48,366 nt of DNA from Candidatus Aminicenantes bacterium (lineage in GTDB: Bacteria > Acidobacteriota > Aminicenantia > UBA2199): the NCBI GenBank assembly GCA_030612495.1, contig JAUWNT010000001.1, positions 1 through 48,366 on the forward strand, in the 5' to 3' direction. The first letter of the stretch is position 1; each line of letters starts with the position of its first letter. A program made the translations under genes and the position numbers. This document shows positions 44,569 to 48,366 of the stretch, in pieces. Under the pieces are notes generated by a model. That model saw only the letters and a program-made list of their open reading frames with translations. It was not told the DNA's origin and made no database searches.

Positions 44569-45756
44569 ATGGAAATTTTACTTATATTAGCTGGAATAGT
44601 ACTTGGAGTGTTAATAGGTTGGATAATTGCGCAACCAAAGCTACAAAGCCTGAAATCTTCTTTTGTAAAAAAAGAGACTGAGTATGAAATACTTCAGAAA
44701 AATTACAAAGAAGACAAAGTTGAACTCCAAAATATAGAAAAACAATTTACTGATGCATTTAAAAACCTTGCAGCACAAATTTTGGAAGATAAAAGCCGCA
44801 AGTTCACTGAACTTAACCGTAACAATATAGAAGAAATCTTAAAACCCTTAAAAGAAAAAATAAAAGATTTCCAGGACAAAATCGAATATACTAATACTGA
44901 AAATATTAAGAGAAATACTTCTTTAATTGAGAAAATCAGCTATCTTGAAAAGTTAGGGCTGCAAATGAGTGATGAAGCTCTAAAACTCACAAAAGCGCTA
45001 AAAGGAGAGACAAAAACTCAGGGTAATTGGGGAGAGATGATTCTTGAGAAAATCCTTGAAAATTCCGGTTTGATAGAGGGTGAAGAATATATATCTCAAA
45101 CAAGAGGGATTAAATTAATAGGTGAAAATGGTAATTTGCAAAAACCTGATATTATAATCAACCTTCCCAAAAATAAAAACATTATTATTGATTCTAAAGT
45201 TTCACTTGTAGCTTATGAATTATGGGTTAATGCAAAAACAGAAAATGAAAGGAACAATCATACTAAAGAACTTGTAATATCAGTTAAAAACCATATAAAC
45301 GAACTTAGTAAAAAACACTACCAAAATCTTGAAGGAATTAATTCTCCTGATTTTGTTCTATTATTTATGCCTATTGAAGCTAGCTTTAGTGTTGCTGCTC
45401 GCTCGGATAACACTCTTTTTCAATATGCATGGGATAAGAAAATCGTAATTGTCACACCTACTACTTTAATGGCAACATTATACACTATTAAATCTTTATG
45501 GAGACAGGAAGATCAAACAAAAAATGCCCTTGATATTGCAAAAAAAAGTGGCGCTTTATATGACAAATTTGTAAACTTTATGGAATCTCTTCAAAAAATC
45601 GGAGAACATATTGATAAATCAAAGGAGATGTATGAAAAAGCCTTTAATCAATTAAAAAAAGGAAAAGGTAACTTAATAAATCAAGCTGAGAACATAAAAA
45701 AGATGGGCGCAATAACAAAAAAATCTCTCCCAAAAGATATTCTTGATGAGGAATAA
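44569..45756 (+). CDS. rmuC: DNA recombination protein RmuC
   Basis: N-terminal TM + coiled coil. KGETKTQGNWGEMILEKILE, PDIIINLP..K.IIIDSKVSL, DFVLLFMP.E and IVIVTPTTLMATL are characteristic RmuC motifs. Confidence 0.88.
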   Translation: MEILLILAGIVLGVLIGWIIAQPKLQSLKSSFVKKETEYEILQKNYKEDKVELQNIEKQFTDAFKNLAAQILEDKSRKFTELNRNNIEEILKPLKEKIKDFQDKIEYTNTENIKRNTSLIEKISYLEKLGLQMSDEALKLTKALKGETKTQGNWGEMILEKILENSGLIEGEEYISQTRGIKLIGENGNLQKPDIIINLPKNKNIIIDSKVSLVAYELWVNAKTENERNNHTKELVISVKNHINELSKKHYQNLEGINSPDFVLLFMPIEASFSVAARSDNTLFQYAWDKKIVIVTPTTLMATLYTIKSLWRQEDQTKNALDIAKKSGALYDKFVNFMESLQKIGEHIDKSKEMYEKAFNQLKKGKGNLINQAENIKKMGAITKKSLPKDILDEE

Positions 45757-45782
45757 AAAGGTGTCCGATCTCCAAATTACTG

Positions 45783-45811
45783 TTGACATGTTCAGTAATT
45801 TATGGTAAAAG
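45783..45811 (+). promoter_or_regulatory. Candidate promoter for the tRNA-Lys/tRNA-Glu pair (extended -10)
   Basis: TTGACA (45783-45788), 17-nt spacer ending in TGg, TAAAAG (45806-45811). tRNA-Lys begins at 45825. Confidence 0.45.
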
Positions 45812-45824
45812 TAAAAATCAATAT

Positions 45825-45897
45825 GGGCCGTTAGCTCAGTCGGCAGAGCACCGCCCTTTTAAGGCGGGTGTCACTGGTTCGAACCCAGTACGGCTCA
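45825..45897 (+). tRNA. tRNA-Lys (anticodon UUU), CCA not encoded
   Basis: Manual cloverleaf. Acceptor GGGCCGT/ACGGCTC, D-stem GCTC/GAGC, anticodon stem CCGCC/GGCGG with loop CTTTTAA, T-arm ACTGG-TTCGAAC-CCAGT, discriminator A. 73 nt. Confidence 0.93.
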
Positions 45898-45908
45898 CTT
45901 CTTTTTAT

Positions 45909-45980
45909 GGCCCGTTCGTCTATCGGTTAGGACACAGGGTTTTCAACCCTGTAAGAGCAGTTCGATTCTGCTACGGGCTA
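45909..45980 (+). tRNA. tRNA-Glu (anticodon UUC), CCA not encoded
   Basis: Manual cloverleaf. Acceptor GGCCCGT/ACGGGCT (G1-U72 wobble), D-stem GTCT/GGAC, anticodon stem CAGGG/CCCTG with loop TTTTCAA, 4-nt variable loop, T-arm AGCAG-TTCGATT-CTGCT. 72 nt. Resembles bacterial tRNA-Glu (TTCGTCTA...AGGACAC). Confidence 0.9.
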
Positions 45981-45988
45981 TTATTCCC

Positions 45989-46017
45989 TTGAAATTTCTA
46001 CTTTTATATGCTAAATT
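45989..46017 (+). promoter_or_regulatory. Candidate sigma-70 promoter placed for a leaderless mgtE transcript
   Basis: TTGAAA (45989-45994), 17-nt spacer, TAAATT (46012-46017), 6 nt (aatccc), ATG at 46024. No SD. Confidence 0.45.
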
Positions 46018-46023
46018 AATCCC

Positions 46024-47397
46024 ATGAAAGATGCTGCATTAGAAAAATTACTGAGATTTACAAAACAATTTATAAAACTTAGAACAATGGGGCACCTATG
46101 GAATGCCCTTGAAAAATTACACTATGCTGATGTAGCAACTTTAATAGAACATCTAAACTATCAAGAACAAAAAATAATTCTTCAACTATTTTTTGATAAA
46201 AATATAGAGATGTCAAAACTTGCAGAAATTATAAGTGAAATCAAACCTGACATTGCTGTAGAAATTCTTTCACACTTAGATATTGATCAAATAACACCCA
46301 TTTTAGAAGAATTATCTTCAGATGATGCTGCCTCACTAATTTCACTCTTTAAAGAAGATATCCAAATTGAGATCCTTAAAAAAATGAAAAAAGAGGAATC
46401 AAAAGATATTCAAGAACAGTTAGCCTACCCTGAAGAATCTGCTGGAAGAATTATGTCTTCCGATTTCTTAGCTTTGGATGGGTCAACAACTGTTGGTGAT
46501 GCAATCTCAGCAATCCAACTTTCAAGTGAAGAGGTGGAAGTTCCTTTTTATCTCTATGTAATAGATGAAGAACAAAGACTAAAAGGTGTTGTTTCCTTAA
46601 AGCAACTCATCGTTGTTAACCCAAAATCTAAATTAAAAGATCTAATGAATACTGAAGTTTACAAAGTGGATGTTTTTACTGATCAAGAAGAGGTTGCTTC
46701 AGTAGTAGCAAACTACAACCTTCTGGCAATTCCGGTTGTTGATGAATCAGATCGATTGACTGGGGTTGTAACTGTAGATGACATTATTGACATCATTCAG
46801 GACGAAGCAACTGAAGATATATACAAAATGGTAGGTGTTACACAAGATTACAACCCAAATCAAAACATAGCTCAATCCTTAAAAAAGAGACTACCATGGT
46901 TATTCCTTAGCCTTTTAACAGCATCTTTATCTGCAATTGTTGTTGGAGTATTTAAAGGTTCAATACAAAATTTTATATGGCTCGCTGTTTTCATGCCTAT
47001 TGTAGCAGCAACTGGAGGAGTTGTTGGTAATCAGACAGTAGCTATAATGGTAAGAGAATTAGTTATTGGCAATTTAGAATGGAAAACATCAAAATCTATT
47101 CTAATTAAACAGTTTATGTTTGGAATAGGAAGTGGAATTGCAATTGGTATATTCGCAGGACTTATATCCTATATTGTATCAGGACTATGGATATTTGGCG
47201 CCATATTTGCAGCTGCACTCATTATTAACTTATCCACTGGTGCTTTGTTCGGTGCTTTAATCCCAATGGCTTTAAAATCTCTTAAATTAGACCCTGCCCT
47301 TGCCTCTGGTATGATTGTAACAATGACAACAGATGTAATGGGGTATCTAAGCTTTCTTGGATTAGCCACACTGATCCTTCCTAAATTTATTTCCTGA
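46024..47397 (+). CDS. mgtE: Magnesium transporter MgtE
   Basis: MgtE N-domain (HYADVATLIEHL, ILEELSSDDAASLI), tandem CBS (AGRIMSSDF..., LLAIPVVDESDRLTGVVTVDDIIDIIQDEATED), and C-terminal 5-TM domain with GNQT and DVMGY motifs. Confidence 0.93.
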   Translation: MKDAALEKLLRFTKQFIKLRTMGHLWNALEKLHYADVATLIEHLNYQEQKIILQLFFDKNIEMSKLAEIISEIKPDIAVEILSHLDIDQITPILEELSSDDAASLISLFKEDIQIEILKKMKKEESKDIQEQLAYPEESAGRIMSSDFLALDGSTTVGDAISAIQLSSEEVEVPFYLYVIDEEQRLKGVVSLKQLIVVNPKSKLKDLMNTEVYKVDVFTDQEEVASVVANYNLLAIPVVDESDRLTGVVTVDDIIDIIQDEATEDIYKMVGVTQDYNPNQNIAQSLKKRLPWLFLSLLTASLSAIVVGVFKGSIQNFIWLAVFMPIVAATGGVVGNQTVAIMVRELVIGNLEWKTSKSILIKQFMFGIGSGIAIGIFAGLISYIVSGLWIFGAIFAAALIINLSTGALFGALIPMALKSLKLDPALASGMIVTMTTDVMGYLSFLGLATLILPKFIS

Positions 47398-47401
47398 TTA
47401 T

Positions 47402-48139
47402 ATGCCTCAGGGTTTCGTAAGAGCTTTTATTCTAGGCTCATCACCAATTAATGAACAGGATAAATTTGTCTTCCTTTTAAGCCAGGAGAAGGGATTCTTA
47501 AAAGCAATAGCCCCCGGGTCATTAAAAGTAAAAAATAGATTCGGCTCATTATTTGAACTTTTTACAAAAGGAGAATTTTCTTGTTATTGGAAAGAAAATA
47601 AAGAAATAATCACAATTTCAAAAGGAGAAATTATTAAAAGTTATTTCAATACCGTTTCGAATCCTGAAAATATTTTCTACTTTTACTTGATATCAGAAAT
47701 TCTTTTAAAATCCCTTGCCCCAAACCAACAAGATAAAAGAGTATTTAAATTAATGGAATCAATACTGAATAATAGAGTAGAAGGTGTTGAAATAAATTTC
47801 TTATTACTCTATTTTTTAATATGGATCCTGAGAATTGAGGGTATGATGTTTAACCCTTCAATCTGCTATAATTGTTTTCTGAAAGATATAAACAAAGCCT
47901 GGGTGAAAAATAATTTTAGAGGGATTTTATGTGAAAAATGCAAAAGCAATGAGAAATTTACTTTAAACACAGAAGAGCTTAACTACATAAAATGGACAGA
48001 AAAAAACCCTCCAAAAAATTCCAATATCTGGAAAAACAAAATAGATATAAATAAAATGATAAAATTATTTGTAAAAAAAATCGAATCTCATACAGAATCT
48101 ACTCTTAAATCTTCACGATACATTACTGAACTTAATTAA
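47402..48139 (+). CDS. recO: DNA repair protein RecO
   Basis: OB-fold N-terminus (RAFILGSSPINEQDKFVFLLSQEKGFLKAIAPGS...), helical middle, and zinc-finger CYNC...CEKC. Follows mgtE by 4 nt. Confidence 0.8.
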   Translation: MPQGFVRAFILGSSPINEQDKFVFLLSQEKGFLKAIAPGSLKVKNRFGSLFELFTKGEFSCYWKENKEIITISKGEIIKSYFNTVSNPENIFYFYLISEILLKSLAPNQQDKRVFKLMESILNNRVEGVEINFLLLYFLIWILRIEGMMFNPSICYNCFLKDINKAWVKNNFRGILCEKCKSNEKFTLNTEELNYIKWTEKNPPKNSNIWKNKIDINKMIKLFVKKIESHTESTLKSSRYITELN

Positions 48140-48178
48140 CATTTATTACAAAAAAAGAAAGAAAGAAAAAAAAAAGAA

Positions 48179-48208
48179 AAAAGGGGGTCAATCTGAAAAG
48201 GGGGTCAA
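48179..48208. repeat. Two direct copies of AAAAGGGGGTCAA separated by 4 nt, preceded by a ~40-nt polypurine tract
   Basis: Copies at 48179-48191 and 48196-48208. The polypurine run aaaaaaagaaagaaagaaaaaaaaaagaaaaaa spans ~48150-48182. The second copy overlaps the stop codon of the minus-strand partial ORF. Confidence 0.85.
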
Positions 48209-48366
48209 GTCTTTATTTGACACTTCAAGCATAAACCTTCAATTTCTTTAAACTTTTCATTAAATTCTAAGTTGTTTTTTTTCAATTTCCTGATACCGGT
48301 TATGATGTTGCTTGCAGCACTGTGAGAATTTAAATTAAAATTCTCTCCTAACTGCTCTAATGTACT
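48205..48366 (-). CDS. Partial CDS (C-terminal 53 aa only): HTH tail resembling the DnaA-C-like HTH found at the C-terminus of some Y1-transposase-like proteins
   Basis: My translation of the reverse strand is STLEQLGENFNLNSHSAASNIITGIRKLKKNNLEFNEKFKEIEGLCLKCQIKT*. It is open to the window edge, so it is absent from the track. Family assignment is by resemblance only. Confidence 0.3.
   Translation of the reverse strand, partial: STLEQLGENFNLNSHSAASNIITGIRKLKKNNLEFNEKFKEIEGLCLKCQIKT

Noticed and set aside
45783-45992. 69-aa ORF (MTCSVIYGKSKNQYGPLAQSAEHRPFKAGVTGSNPVRL...)
   Set aside because: It is fully explained by tRNA-Lys and tRNA-Glu read in a protein frame. SAEHRPFKAGVTGSNPV is the typical signature of a translated tRNA T-arm.
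45981-46023. Possible M-box (Mg) riboswitch upstream of mgtE
   Set aside because: Only 43 nt separate tRNA-Glu from the mgtE ATG, and a promoter-like -35/-10 pair occupies them. There is no room for a ~160-nt M-box.
1-48366. CRISPR arrays, rRNA genes, intact IS elements or transposases, prophage structural genes
   Set aside because: I saw no regularly spaced 25-40 nt direct repeats, no rRNA-like conserved segments, and no recognisable DDE, serine or tyrosine recombinase ORFs.

Overview
AT-rich bacterial chromosomal window. I cannot assign a lineage from the sequence alone. Most of it is densely packed housekeeping and envelope genes: rplS, a C-terminal processing protease, proS, murB, rpiB, glyA, nth, gmhA, a PBP-type transpeptidase, pgi, a cysteine-synthase-family enzyme, an S9 peptidase, rmuC, tRNA-Lys(UUU), tRNA-Glu(UUC), mgtE and recO. 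Signalling genes are also present: two hybrid histidine kinases, a PilZ protein, a GAF/HD-GYP phosphodiesterase, a zinc-ribbon/FHA protein, and a giant sigma-54 enhancer-binding protein. That last gene runs off the left edge and is therefore absent from the ORF track.

The clearest accessory region is about 17.46-20.60 kb, between a metalloenzyme gene and rpiB. It holds four elements:
- a single-chain XRE-HTH + ImmA/IrrE HEXXH protease + antitoxin-like tail protein;
- a translationally coupled PIN-like nuclease;
- a small YjzC-like gene broken by a 1-nt frameshift in an A-run;
- an orphan membrane-anchored protein.

The region is flanked by about 300-nt non-coding stretches with inverted repeats.

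A second window-wide signal is promoter geometry. At least six first-in-operon genes have a TTGAnn -35 box, a 16-17 nt spacer, a TAnnnT -10 box, then only 6-7 nt before the ATG and no Shine-Dalgarno. This implies leaderless mRNAs. In one case it shows that the ORF-track TTG start is really a -35 box.

Other notable items are an L19 with a long K/E-rich N-terminal extension, a 29-bp perfect palindrome, an internally duplicated membrane-anchored protein, and 13-nt direct repeats beside a truncated HTH ORF at the right edge.

No CRISPR array, rRNA or intact transposase was seen. All function calls come from motif recognition by eye; no database search was run.
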